Shown: positions 6,996 to 15,204, counted from the first letter of the stretch. The stretch is 32,000 bases of DNA from Candidatus Minimicrobia sp. QA0096 (GCF_963967315.1 NZ_OZ017288.1:657352-689351), one strand, 5' to 3'. Notes: generated from the sequence alone by a model not told the origin. Numbers and translations: made by a program.

Positions 6996-7985
6996 ATGAA
7001 GAATTTATTGTGGAGTAAGGCTATTGGAGCGGCGATGATTGCAGGGTTGATTCTACCTGTGTCGGTGTCTGCTAATGGTATTGGTGGTCGACCAGCAAAT
7101 CCTGATCCGAATAATCCCAGGACAAGCTCAATTTTCATATATAATCTTTCTGGTGGCGCTTCGAAATCTGACCAATTGTATGTTCAAAACGGGTCTGATA
7201 AAGAAGAAACGATTGAAGTTTATTCGGTTGACGGCACGGTTACGACGACTGGTGATATGACTTGCAAAGAGAAGTCGGAGGATAAAGTTGGTGCGGGCAA
7301 ATGGGTTTCTGTCTCTAAAAAAGAGGTGACTCTTGGCGCGAATGAGAACACGCTTGTTGATTTTACGGTAAATGTTCCAAGCAAAGCAGATGTTGGCGAG
7401 CATAATGCATGCATGGTTGTTCAGCGGAAGGCTAATCAGGCGTCAAATAATGCTGGTGGCATTCAAGTCCAGACTCGTCAGGCTATCCGTATGGCGATAA
7501 CCGTTCCTGGCGATATTCACCGTGACGTGACGATTGAGAAGTTTAATATTAAGAATTCTAACAGTAGTCAATTGTATGAAATTGCCTTAAAAAACTCTGG
7601 CAATGTGTCGGCTGATGTTGACGTAAAGCTGGTCGTGAAAGACCCGATGGGGAATGTTGTCTATAAAAACGGTGGTGTGAATGCAACGATTGCGAATGAA
7701 ACGCGGCAGTTTAATTATGATAGTAATTTGGCGCCGTTTTGGGGCGGAAAATATAAGGTAGAGTTGTCGATTTCCTATAAAAAGAAGGCTGGCGAGTGGG
7801 GGATTAGCCAGGACAAAAATGAGCTAATCACCAAAACCGCCGAATCAAAAGAATTGTTCTTCTGGCCATCAACTACAGCGCTAATGATGATTGGCGGTGG
7901 AATACTTTTGTTCATTATCTTGATAGTGATAATTGTAATAAAATCAAAACGGAACAAAAAAACTGTTCAATTTAAAAAACGTTGA
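6996..7985 (+). CDS. Membrane-anchored surface protein resembling DUF916/DUF3324 WxL-interacting proteins (CscA-like)
   Basis: SD AAGGAGG lies upstream and the protein has a signal peptide. PANPDPNNPRTSSIFIYNLSGGASKSDQLYVQNGSDKEETIEVYSVDGTVTTTGDM fits the DUF916 pattern as I remember it (P.NQ...YFDL..PG..Q.L.V.L.N.S.KE..V.V....T...G). There is a second beta-rich module. The C-terminus has a TM helix plus the basic tail KSKRNKKTVQFKKR, with no LPXTG. Confidence 0.6.
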   Translation: MKNLLWSKAIGAAMIAGLILPVSVSANGIGGRPANPDPNNPRTSSIFIYNLSGGASKSDQLYVQNGSDKEETIEVYSVDGTVTTTGDMTCKEKSEDKVGAGKWVSVSKKEVTLGANENTLVDFTVNVPSKADVGEHNACMVVQRKANQASNNAGGIQVQTRQAIRMAITVPGDIHRDVTIEKFNIKNSNSSQLYEIALKNSGNVSADVDVKLVVKDPMGNVVYKNGGVNATIANETRQFNYDSNLAPFWGGKYKVELSISYKKKAGEWGISQDKNELITKTAESKELFFWPSTTALMMIGGGILLFIILIVIIVIKSKRNKKTVQFKKR

Positions 7986-7998
7986 GTTTATAAAAAAG

Positions 7999-8007
7999 TG
8001 ATAGAAT
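7999..8007 (+). promoter_or_regulatory. Extended -10 box TGATAGAAT for the LiaF-like gene (leaderless geometry)
   Basis: TGATAGAAT at 7999-8007 ends 6 nt before ATG 8014. There is no SD. Confidence 0.4.
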
Positions 8008-8013
8008 AGATGT

Positions 8014-8700
8014 ATGAAGAAAAGTTCTTTGATTAGAGCGTTTTTGAGCATTGTAGTCGTGGCGCTCGGCGGGGTTTTGCTATTGAAGAACCTCGATATT
8101 ATCAACATTAGCTGGGATATTTTCTGGGGTACGGTTTGGGCTGCAGGATTTGTATTGTCTGGGCTGGTGAATATATTCAATTATCGAAATAAAACGGCGT
8201 GGATTTGGGGATTATTACTAGTCGCTATTGGCGTTCTGATTGGCTTAAATTCCTACGGAATAGTTGATGTTAGTATCTGGAAGGTATTCTGGCCTGTAGT
8301 TTTGATTGCTGCTGGTTTGGCAATGATGTTTAATACTAGCCCTAAGGGTGTTAAGCGTTCTAAAAAGTTGGATAAAGACGGCGCAGGTAATGAGAAAATT
8401 GCTTGTTTTTGGGGCGAAGAAGACGCTGTAAAGGGTGATTATACTGGCGGTTCGTTGGTTGCGATATTTGGTGGCGTGGATTTGGATTTGCGTCAAGCAA
8501 AGATTAAAGACGGTTCTGTAATTGAAATTTTTACATTTTGCGGTGGCGTTAATATTACTTTGCCAGACGATGTAATTATCGAGAACGAAGTGCGCGGATT
8601 TTTGGGCGGAACTGATGATAAAACTCTACCTAAAGATTCTGCCAAAAAGACTCTATGCCTGAAGGGTGAGTGTATTTTAGGCGGTCTGGAAATTAAATAA
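8014..8700 (+). CDS. LiaF-like membrane protein (N-terminal TM bundle plus LiaF C-terminal-like domain)
   Basis: Has 4-5 TM segments, followed by FGGVDLDLRQAKIKDGSVIEIFTFCGGVNITLPDDVIIENEVRGFLGG. This resembles the repetitive beta C-terminal domain of LiaF/DUF2154 proteins. Confidence 0.55.
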   Translation: MKKSSLIRAFLSIVVVALGGVLLLKNLDIINISWDIFWGTVWAAGFVLSGLVNIFNYRNKTAWIWGLLLVAIGVLIGLNSYGIVDVSIWKVFWPVVLIAAGLAMMFNTSPKGVKRSKKLDKDGAGNEKIACFWGEEDAVKGDYTGGSLVAIFGGVDLDLRQAKIKDGSVIEIFTFCGGVNITLPDDVIIENEVRGFLGGTDDKTLPKDSAKKTLCLKGECILGGLEIK

Positions 8701-8705
8701 AGTTC

Positions 8706-8734
8706 TTGGGATTTTAATGAAAACGCGCTACAAT
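8706..8734 (+). promoter_or_regulatory. Candidate sigma70-type promoter for the ileS leader (TTGGGA-17-TACAAT)
   Basis: TTGGGA at 8706-8711, a 17-nt spacer, and TACAAT at 8729-8734. It overlaps a weak hairpin at 8720-8750, so the assignment is uncertain. Confidence 0.35.
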
Positions 8735-8740
8735 AGCAGT

Positions 8741-8957
8741 AGGGCGTTTTCGCGTATGTTGAATTGGCGTGAAATGAGCGGTTATCAGCCGTGAAGTCTG
8801 CGGGAAGAAATCGGCACAAAGTCGAGATTAGAACCTGCCGTGAGCTTGCGTAAATAGCAAATAAAGAGCTGAAAGAATCACTTCTTTTGGAATCGAGATG
8901 GTACCGTCCGCACAAAACACCTGAGCGGATTCTCGAAGTCAAAAGAGGTGATTTTTA
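8741..8957 (+). promoter_or_regulatory. T-box leader (tRNA-sensing riboswitch) upstream of ileS
   Basis: 8891-8908 AATCGAGATGGTACCGTC matches the T-box consensus AATTAGGGTGGTACCGCG at 12/18 positions, including the core TGGTACCG. It folds as a canonical antiterminator: helix A1 8893-8898/8931-8936, 7-nt bulge UGGUACC 8899-8905 (UGGU is complementary to the tRNA 3' ACCA), helix A2 8906-8911/8925-8930, and a 13-nt loop. Candidate Ile specifiers AUC followed by a purine lie at 8784, 8810 and 8877. I could not resolve Stem I by eye. Confidence 0.6.
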
Positions 8958-9003
8958 ATTGAAAATAATTGTCGAAGATCTAAAAAATAAAGGAGGCAAT
9001 ATA

Positions 9004-11913
9004 ATGAAATTCAAACATGGAACACGTCGTCGGGCTGCGGAATATGAGAAATATTGGGTGCGGCGATGGAAAGAGGATGATACATTTAACAAGTCGGTCG
9101 CGCAGCGTCCTGCCGATAATTCTTGGGTTTTTTATGACGGTCCTCCGTTTTTGACGGGAACGCCACACCACGGACATTTGTTGGTTAGCACGGTGAAGGA
9201 TACGATGGGACGATTTCACACGATGAAAGGTCAGCGAGTTGAGCGCCGTTGGGGTTGGGATTGTCACGGACTACCAGCAGAGGTTTACGTCGAAAAAACG
9301 CTAGGCATTTCTAACAAAAAAGAGATTGGCACGAAAATTAGCGTTTCAGACTATGTCAAGGAATGTCGAGCGGCTATGGTGCGAACTGGCACCGAGTGGG
9401 AAGACACGATTGAGCGAATTGGACGTTGGGTCGAGTTTAAGGGCGCTTATAAAACCATGGATAATAATTACATGGAATCTGTTTGGTGGGCATTCAAGAG
9501 ACTTTACGAAGAAGGCAAAATCTACGAAGGCGAAAAGATTTTGGTCTATTGTACGAAGGATGCGACACCAATCTCTAAGAGTGAAGTGGCTATGGAAAAT
9601 AGCTATCAAATAGACACTGATCCGAGCTTGTTTGTTTACTTTAAGCTGGAGGATGAAGATGAGTATTTGCTTGCGTGGACGACAACGCCGTGGACTTTGC
9701 CGGCAAATATGGTTTTGGCGGTGAATCAGGATGTCGATTATTCTTTGGTAGCGTACGGCGATAAAAAGTTTTACGTTGCAAGCGACCGTGTTGAGAAAGT
9801 TATGACGGATGAAAAACACCAGCCGCTGGAACATTCGATTGTTAAGACGATTAAGGGCTCCGAATTGGTAGGAAAGCGATTTGAGCCTTTGTTCGAAAAT
9901 CGTGGGCCGGTTGCGCATAAGATTCTTCACGCCGATTTCGTGACGACTGATGATGGTACGGGAATTGTTCATATTGCGCCAGCTTACGGTGAGGACGATT
10001 ATGAATTGTGCCGAAAAAATGACGTTCCAGTGCTATCGTTGGTTGACGGTGATGGAAATTACACAGAAGGCAGGTGGCTGGGTCGCAATATTTGGGAAGT
10101 AAATAAAGAGATAGCGAAGACTTTATTGGAAGAAGGTCGGGCGCTGAAAATTGAATATATTCGCCACGAATATCCACATTGCCATCGATGCGGCACGAAA
10201 TTGATGTACCGTGCTCACCCAAGTTGGTTTATGGATATTCAGAGTCAGAAAAAGGAAATGTTGGAGGCGAACGAGCAGACAAGCTGGACGCCAGACAATC
10301 TGAGGACTGGACGATTCCATAACATCATCGAGCAGGCGCCGGATTGGAATTTGAGCCGCGATCGTTACTGGGCAACACCAATTCCAGTGTGGAAGGGCGT
10401 GAAAAATGACGGCACGGAAGTGGTGAAGGTGATTGGTAGCTTTGCGGAATTTGAAGAAGTTACGGGCCGCAAGTTGGACGATTATCACTTGCCGCAAGTT
10501 ATGGACGTTACGTTTGAGTGCGACGGCGCAGAAATGCATCATATTGGTAAGGTTTTGGACTGTTGGTTTGAGTCTGGCTCGATGCCGTTTGCTCAGTTCC
10601 ATTATCCATTTGAGAACAAGGAAAAATTTGAAGCAAGTTTTCCTGCCGATTTCATCATTGAAGCGATTGATCAAACTCGTGGCTGGTTTTATAGCTTAAC
10701 GGCGGTAAACGTGGCTTTGTTTGGTAAATCTCCATGGAAGAATTTGATTTGTACTGGATTTATCAATGCCGCCGACGGTAAAAAAATGAGCAAGAAGCTA
10801 AAAAATTATACCGATCCGATGGAACTTATGAATAAGACTTCGGCCGACAGTTTCCGATTCTTGATGCTTTCAAGTCCGCTAACAAATGGCGAAAACTTTG
10901 CCTTGGCGGATAAGGACGTGATGGATGTAGCGCGTAAGCTTGGTATGATCTGGAATATGTACGATTTCTTCACGATGTATGCTGAAGTTGACGGCTGGGA
11001 GTTTAATAGCGATTTGTCAGATCCGCTTCATGATTTAACAAATCCGTTGGATATTTGGATTGTGTCGAGGCTGCATCAATTGATAGCAGAGGTTGAGCGA
11101 GGTCTTAATAATTACAATCTACAGGACGCAACCAAGCCGATCTTGCCGTTCTTAGACGACGCAAGTAACTGGTATGTCCGACGCAGCCGCCGCCGCTTCT
11201 GGAAATCTGAAGATGACAGTGATAAAAATGACGCTTACCGCACGCTCCATTATATTTTGGTGCGACTCAGTTATATGCTAGCGCCGTTTACGCCATTCTT
11301 AGCGGAAGAATTGTATCATAATTTGACGGGCGATAACGAGTCGATTCATCTTAAAGATTGGTTGCCAGCTGGTGAAATAGATAATTCAATGCTACGCGAC
11401 ATGAATGCACTGCGTACTGCGGTGAATGATGGCTTGTCGAAGCGCGCATCGGAGGGAATTAAGGTGCGTCAGCCGTTGGCGTCTGTGAAGCTTATCAACA
11501 CTATTTCTCAGGATACGCCAGCGGAAGTTGCGCAGTTCTTGATCGATATTGCTAAAGATGAATTGAACGTGAAATCGGTTGAAATTGTTACAGATTCAGA
11601 GTCTGAGTCGGCGCAACCGAGCGTTGTTTATGACTTAACAATCACTCCTGAACTAAAGCGCGAAGGTTTGATGCGTGAAATCGTTCGCCACGTTCAAAGC
11701 GCACGCAAGCAGGCTGGTCTACAGATAGATGATCGAATTATATTGAGTATTTTCAGTGACGATTCTGAAATATCTCAAGCTATTGATGCTTTCGCCGATG
11801 TCATTAAATCTGAGACTCTTGCTGTGGAATTGAACTCTGTGGTCGATGAATCAGAAAAATATGATGCCAAAATCGAGGGTAAATTGGTAGAAATTTCCCT
11901 GAAAGAAGCTTAA
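9004..11913 (+). CDS. ileS: Isoleucine--tRNA ligase, type 2 (eukaryote/actinobacterial-like)
   Basis: Start placed at ATG 9004 behind SD AAGGAGG (8990-8996). The ORF-track TTG at 8959 is unlikely. Contains FYDGPPFLTGTPHHGHLL (HIGH region in the type-2 FYDGPPF context), WTTTPWTLPAN, and KMSKKLKN (KMSKS). Confidence 0.97.
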   Translation: MKFKHGTRRRAAEYEKYWVRRWKEDDTFNKSVAQRPADNSWVFYDGPPFLTGTPHHGHLLVSTVKDTMGRFHTMKGQRVERRWGWDCHGLPAEVYVEKTLGISNKKEIGTKISVSDYVKECRAAMVRTGTEWEDTIERIGRWVEFKGAYKTMDNNYMESVWWAFKRLYEEGKIYEGEKILVYCTKDATPISKSEVAMENSYQIDTDPSLFVYFKLEDEDEYLLAWTTTPWTLPANMVLAVNQDVDYSLVAYGDKKFYVASDRVEKVMTDEKHQPLEHSIVKTIKGSELVGKRFEPLFENRGPVAHKILHADFVTTDDGTGIVHIAPAYGEDDYELCRKNDVPVLSLVDGDGNYTEGRWLGRNIWEVNKEIAKTLLEEGRALKIEYIRHEYPHCHRCGTKLMYRAHPSWFMDIQSQKKEMLEANEQTSWTPDNLRTGRFHNIIEQAPDWNLSRDRYWATPIPVWKGVKNDGTEVVKVIGSFAEFEEVTGRKLDDYHLPQVMDVTFECDGAEMHHIGKVLDCWFESGSMPFAQFHYPFENKEKFEASFPADFIIEAIDQTRGWFYSLTAVNVALFGKSPWKNLICTGFINAADGKKMSKKLKNYTDPMELMNKTSADSFRFLMLSSPLTNGENFALADKDVMDVARKLGMIWNMYDFFTMYAEVDGWEFNSDLSDPLHDLTNPLDIWIVSRLHQLIAEVERGLNNYNLQDATKPILPFLDDASNWYVRRSRRRFWKSEDDSDKNDAYRTLHYILVRLSYMLAPFTPFLAEELYHNLTGDNESIHLKDWLPAGEIDNSMLRDMNALRTAVNDGLSKRASEGIKVRQPLASVKLINTISQDTPAEVAQFLIDIAKDELNVKSVEIVTDSESESAQPSVVYDLTITPELKREGLMREIVRHVQSARKQAGLQIDDRIILSIFSDDSEISQAIDAFADVIKSETLAVELNSVVDESEKYDAKIEGKLVEISLKEA

Positions 11914-11932
11914 AGGCCAGTAAGTGAAATGA

Positions 11933-11963
11933 GAATACCCTCCTCTTCATGGGGAGGATATTC
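11933..11963 (+). terminator. Candidate intrinsic terminator after ileS
   Basis: GAATACCCTCC (11933-11943) pairs with GGAGGATATTC (11953-11963): 10 of 11 bp with a 9-nt loop. The U-tract is weak (TATTG). Confidence 0.45.
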
Positions 11964-11965
11964 TA

Positions 11966-11994
11966 TTGACTTTTAACCATACTTATGCTAATAT
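11966..11994 (+). promoter_or_regulatory. Candidate promoter TTGACT-17-TAATAT
   Basis: TTGACT at 11966-11971, a 17-nt spacer, and TAATAT at 11989-11994. It lies upstream of the small ORF at 12026. Confidence 0.5.
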
Positions 11995-12025
11995 ATAATT
12001 GTTAATTGATAAAAATAAAAAAGTT

Positions 12026-12214
12026 ATGCAAAATTTATTCAACAAATTATTTGGTAGTAAAATAGGGTTTTCGCCAATCGATCCGCTGGCAGACGGACTT
12101 GCTGAAGAAATTATTAAAGAACAGCGGGAGCCGCAGGCGATTCGTCTGGATGCCGACGATATAGAGGATATCCGCAAGTTTTGGTCTCGTGCGGATGATA
12201 GCTTTGACGATTGA
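12026..12214 (+). CDS. Small acidic hypothetical protein (62 aa)
   Basis: This is the first ATG after the predicted promoter. The ORF sits in an otherwise empty 350-nt gap. There is no SD and no recognisable motif (MQNLFNKLFGSKIGFSPIDPLADGLAEEII...ADDSFDD). Confidence 0.35.
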   Translation: MQNLFNKLFGSKIGFSPIDPLADGLAEEIIKEQREPQAIRLDADDIEDIRKFWSRADDSFDD

Positions 12215-12260
12215 TGATGTATAATTACTCTCACAAAGAGCTGAAAATGCAGGAGGTTCT

Positions 12261-13088
12261 ATGATTACTAAAGCTATTATTCCGGTTGCGGGCTGGGGCA
12301 CGCGAATGTTGCCGATTACCAAATCTATTGAAAAATGTATGCTGCCGGTCGGTACGAGGCCGGTGATTGATTATATCGTGCAAGACGTTGTGCGCGCTGG
12401 CGTTAAGGATATTTACTTCGTGGTTGGTGAACAAAGCACTCAAGTGCAGAGCTATTATCGATCAAATATTCAATTAAACGATTATCTGCGCCGTGCAGGA
12501 AAAGAAGATAAATTACCTCTGGTGGCGCCACTTCGCGACGTCCGAATACATTTTTTAACCCAACCGGGAACTGGTGGTTACGGCACAAGCATTCCAGTTG
12601 GTCTGGCGAGTGAATTTATTGAACAGGGCGAATCGGCCTTTGTGATTATGGGCGATCAATTCTTTTGGCGTGACGACGGCGGCTCAAATGCGGCTGATTT
12701 GGCGGAGTTGGTGGAATCGCGTGGATTGTCGGCTGGGCTATTGGGAAATCCTGTCGAAGAGGAGTTTATTCCGCAAACAGGAATTATTGAAACTGACGAT
12801 CAGGGCAATTTTGTGCGAATAATTGAAAAGCCGAAACTGGAAGAAGCTCCAAGCAACCTCAGCAATTCAAGTTTTTACGTTCTGAACAAAGAGATTTTTG
12901 AGTTGGCGCGAACCTTGCCAGCGAACCCTAAGAGAGGCGAGTTTGAGCTAACGGACGCGATTAATGCGTATATCGATGGCGGCGGCGTGATTGCTGTTGG
13001 TGAGGCTAAGGGCGAATATATGGAATGCGGCTCACCGAGTGGTTGGTTGAAGGCGAATAACGTTATGGCGAAAAACGTTAATTGTTAA
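12261..13088 (+). CDS. galU: UTP--glucose-1-phosphate uridylyltransferase-like sugar nucleotidyltransferase
   Basis: KAIIPVAGWGTRMLPITKSIEKCMLPV matches the GalU N-terminal G.GTR.LP.TK..PKEMLP motif. IIEKPKLEEAPSNLSNSSFYVL matches GalU VEKPK.EEAPSNL. SD AGGAGG lies upstream. Confidence 0.8.
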   Translation: MITKAIIPVAGWGTRMLPITKSIEKCMLPVGTRPVIDYIVQDVVRAGVKDIYFVVGEQSTQVQSYYRSNIQLNDYLRRAGKEDKLPLVAPLRDVRIHFLTQPGTGGYGTSIPVGLASEFIEQGESAFVIMGDQFFWRDDGGSNAADLAELVESRGLSAGLLGNPVEEEFIPQTGIIETDDQGNFVRIIEKPKLEEAPSNLSNSSFYVLNKEIFELARTLPANPKRGEFELTDAINAYIDGGGVIAVGEAKGEYMECGSPSGWLKANNVMAKNVNC

Positions 13089-13157
13089 CTGTACTTGATT
13101 TTATTGCTAATTTTTGATAGAATTGTTAGAGTTAATTCATAATAATTAAGGAACGAA

Positions 13158-13463
13158 ATGAAAGCAGTCGTAAAAATCTCTGGCAAACAATATCTTGTCA
13201 GTGAAAAAGAGTCCCTCTTGGTGGATCTCCTCCCTGAAGGCACAAAAGAACTCACTCTCGACGCACTTTTGGTGATTGATGGTGATAAAATCAAGGTTGG
13301 TACGCCAACTGTAAAAGGCTCTAGCGTTAAGGCTAAGGTCGTAGAAGCGGAAGTTAAGGGCGATAAGCTTCGTGTTATCCGCTACAAGAGTAAGAAGCGT
13401 GTGCACAAAGAAACTGGTCATCGCCAGAAGTACACGAAGATTGAAATTACGTCAATCAAATAG
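13158..13463 (+). CDS. rplU: 50S ribosomal protein L21
   Basis: MKAVVKISGKQYLVSEKESLLVD... fits the L21 N-terminus (M.AV....GKQY.V.EGD). The protein is 101 aa with a basic C-terminus. Confidence 0.95.
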   Translation: MKAVVKISGKQYLVSEKESLLVDLLPEGTKELTLDALLVIDGDKIKVGTPTVKGSSVKAKVVEAEVKGDKLRVIRYKSKKRVHKETGHRQKYTKIEITSIK

Positions 13464-13471
13464 TCTAAGAG

Positions 13472-13499
13472 CCGCTTTCGCAAAGGAAGCGGTTTTTTT
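13472..13499 (+). terminator. Rho-independent terminator after rplU
   Basis: CCGCTTTC (13472-13479) pairs with GGAAGCGG (13485-13492): 8 bp including one G-U, with a 5-nt loop, followed by T7. Confidence 0.85.
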
Positions 13500-13558
13500 G
13501 ATGTCTGTTATTTATGTTCTGCTCATGCTATAATTAAGGCAGGTAAAAAGGGGAACGA

Positions 13559-14323
13559 ATGACAAAAATCATTGCGGTGACAAATCAAAAAGGTGGCGTC
13601 GGCAAAACAACGACGTCAATTAACGTAGCATATTTTTTGGCAAAAGCTGGCAAGAAAACATTGTTGGTGGATTTTGATCCGCAGGGCAATGCCACTAGCG
13701 GACTTGGGATAGATAAGCAGAATTTGGGCGCAACAATATCAGAGGTGATTATGCGGCAAATTGACCTAGCGAATATCATATTGCCGACGGAATATAAAAA
13801 CTTATCAATCGCTCCAGCTACACCTCATTTGGCGAATACGGAAGTAGAATTGGCGCAGGCGCAGGGAAGATTTGTTCGTTTGCGAGAAGCTTTACAAAAG
13901 GCGACGGATTACGATTATATTATTATTGATAGCCCGCCGAGCTTGAGCTTGTTGACAGTCAACGGTATGATTGCCGCTAATTACGTATTGCTTCCAGTTC
14001 AGGCAGAATTTTACGCATTGGAAGGATTGGGGCAGCTTTTGGAAAGTATGAAATTGATAAAGAAGGGGCTTAATCCGCCTCTGGAATTATTGGGTGTTTT
14101 ATTGACGATGATGGACTCCAGGACTACGTTATCTGGGCAGGTTCATGCTGAGGTTAAAAAGTATTTTCCAGATAAGATTTTCAAGAATAGCATTCCGAGA
14201 AACATTCGCTTGGCTGAGGCTCCTAGCCATGGTGCGCCAGTTGGGGCGTATGATCGTTTTTCAAAAGGTTCTCGGGCTTATAAGGCACTAACGAAAGAAA
14301 TTATAGAGAGGGTGGAACGATGA
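13559..14323 (+). CDS. parA: Chromosome partitioning ATPase ParA/Soj
   Basis: Deviant Walker A KIIAVTNQKGGVGKTTT, plus LLVDFDPQGNATSGLG and IIIDSPPSL. An extended -10, TGCTATAAT (13526-13534), and an SD lie upstream. Confidence 0.93.
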   Translation: MTKIIAVTNQKGGVGKTTTSINVAYFLAKAGKKTLLVDFDPQGNATSGLGIDKQNLGATISEVIMRQIDLANIILPTEYKNLSIAPATPHLANTEVELAQAQGRFVRLREALQKATDYDYIIIDSPPSLSLLTVNGMIAANYVLLPVQAEFYALEGLGQLLESMKLIKKGLNPPLELLGVLLTMMDSRTTLSGQVHAEVKKYFPDKIFKNSIPRNIRLAEAPSHGAPVGAYDRFSKGSRAYKALTKEIIERVER

Positions 14324-15198
14324 AAAAAGGTTTAGGTAGAGGTTTTGGGTCATTGATTCCAACCAATTTGATCGATGAAACGTTTGATCCGACAGCACAA
14401 CAGGATGTGAAAGTTTCTCATTTGAGAGATATAGCTATTGACCAAGTTGTCCCAGACCCTGATCAGCCGCGTCGCTTTTTTGATGAAAATGCTTTGAATG
14501 AGTTGACGGAATCGGTGCGCGAGCATGGTGTGGTTCAGCCGATTGTTGTGACGCCAAAAGGCGATAAATATCTGATAGTGGCGGGCGAGCGACGTTGGCG
14601 TGCGGCGAATAGGGCGAATTTAGCAGAGGTGCCGTGTATCATCAGGAGTATGAGCGATCAAAATCGCCTGGAGATTTCTTTGATTGAAAACTTGCAGCGA
14701 CATGATTTGAATGCGCTCGAAACGGCGACTGCTTATCAAAAATTACGCGACCAATTCAATATGACGCTAGAGGAAATTGGCAAGCGTTTGGGCGGCAAAT
14801 CTATAAGTGCGGTCAGTAATACGTTGAGGTTGCTGAAGCTACCGAAGTCTGTGCAGCAGGCGTTGTTTGAGGGGCGATTAAATGAAGGGCAGGCAAGGCC
14901 TCTAATCGGTTTGCCTGATGACGCCGCGGAAGATATTATGGAGCGAGCTATTCGCGAGGAGTGGTCTGCGCGACGGATCGAGCAGGTTGTTACTTTATGG
15001 AAGCAGGCGAAGGCTAGTCCAATCGAGAATAAACGACGCCCAGCAGATATGCCGCATGCAGACGCTATTGAGAGTCTTTCTAAAAGGTTTGGTACGGGAG
15101 TAAAGATCCGGACGAATGGTCGTGGCGCTGGTCAAATCAGTATCAAGTTTAAGGACAATCTTGAATTCGAGCGAATAAGAGAATTACTCGAAAAATAA
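14320..15198 (+). CDS. parB: Chromosome partitioning protein ParB/Spo0J
   Basis: ATGA overlap with parA. Contains PDPDQPRR.F, VQPIVV, IVAGERRWRAA and an HTH segment LEEIGKRLGGKSISAVSNTLRLLKLP. Confidence 0.93.
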   Translation: MKKGLGRGFGSLIPTNLIDETFDPTAQQDVKVSHLRDIAIDQVVPDPDQPRRFFDENALNELTESVREHGVVQPIVVTPKGDKYLIVAGERRWRAANRANLAEVPCIIRSMSDQNRLEISLIENLQRHDLNALETATAYQKLRDQFNMTLEEIGKRLGGKSISAVSNTLRLLKLPKSVQQALFEGRLNEGQARPLIGLPDDAAEDIMERAIREEWSARRIEQVVTLWKQAKASPIENKRRPADMPHADAIESLSKRFGTGVKIRTNGRGAGQISIKFKDNLEFERIRELLEK

Positions 15199-15204
15199 TT
15201 TTTG

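Noticed and set aside
8720-8750. A hairpin, AAAACGC...GCGTTTT, after the LiaF-like gene, considered as a terminator.
   Set aside because: It has only a 7-bp stem, mostly A-U, with a 17-nt loop, and it overlaps the candidate ileS-leader promoter. I cannot decide between the two roles, so I did not call it as a terminator.
8493-8942. A 149-aa minus-strand ORF spanning the 3' end of the LiaF-like gene and the ileS leader.
   Set aside because: It overlaps a well-supported plus-strand CDS and the T-box element. The translation is Ser/Arg/Cys-rich with no motif and no promoter or SD. This is most likely a shadow ORF.
9346-10674. Long antisense ORFs inside ileS (208, 123 and 183 aa).
   Set aside because: They lie opposite a highly conserved CDS. 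The translations are low-complexity (R/F/I/N-rich) with no motifs. This is typical antisense open frame caused by the codon bias of the sense gene.
14406-14420. A near-palindrome, TGTGAAAGTTTCTCA, in the 5' part of parB, considered as a parS site.
   Set aside because: The half-site order and sequence do not match the parS consensus TGTTTCACGTGAAACA, and one arm position is mismatched. I found no full parS elsewhere in the window, only isolated half-sites at about 2403 and 22833.
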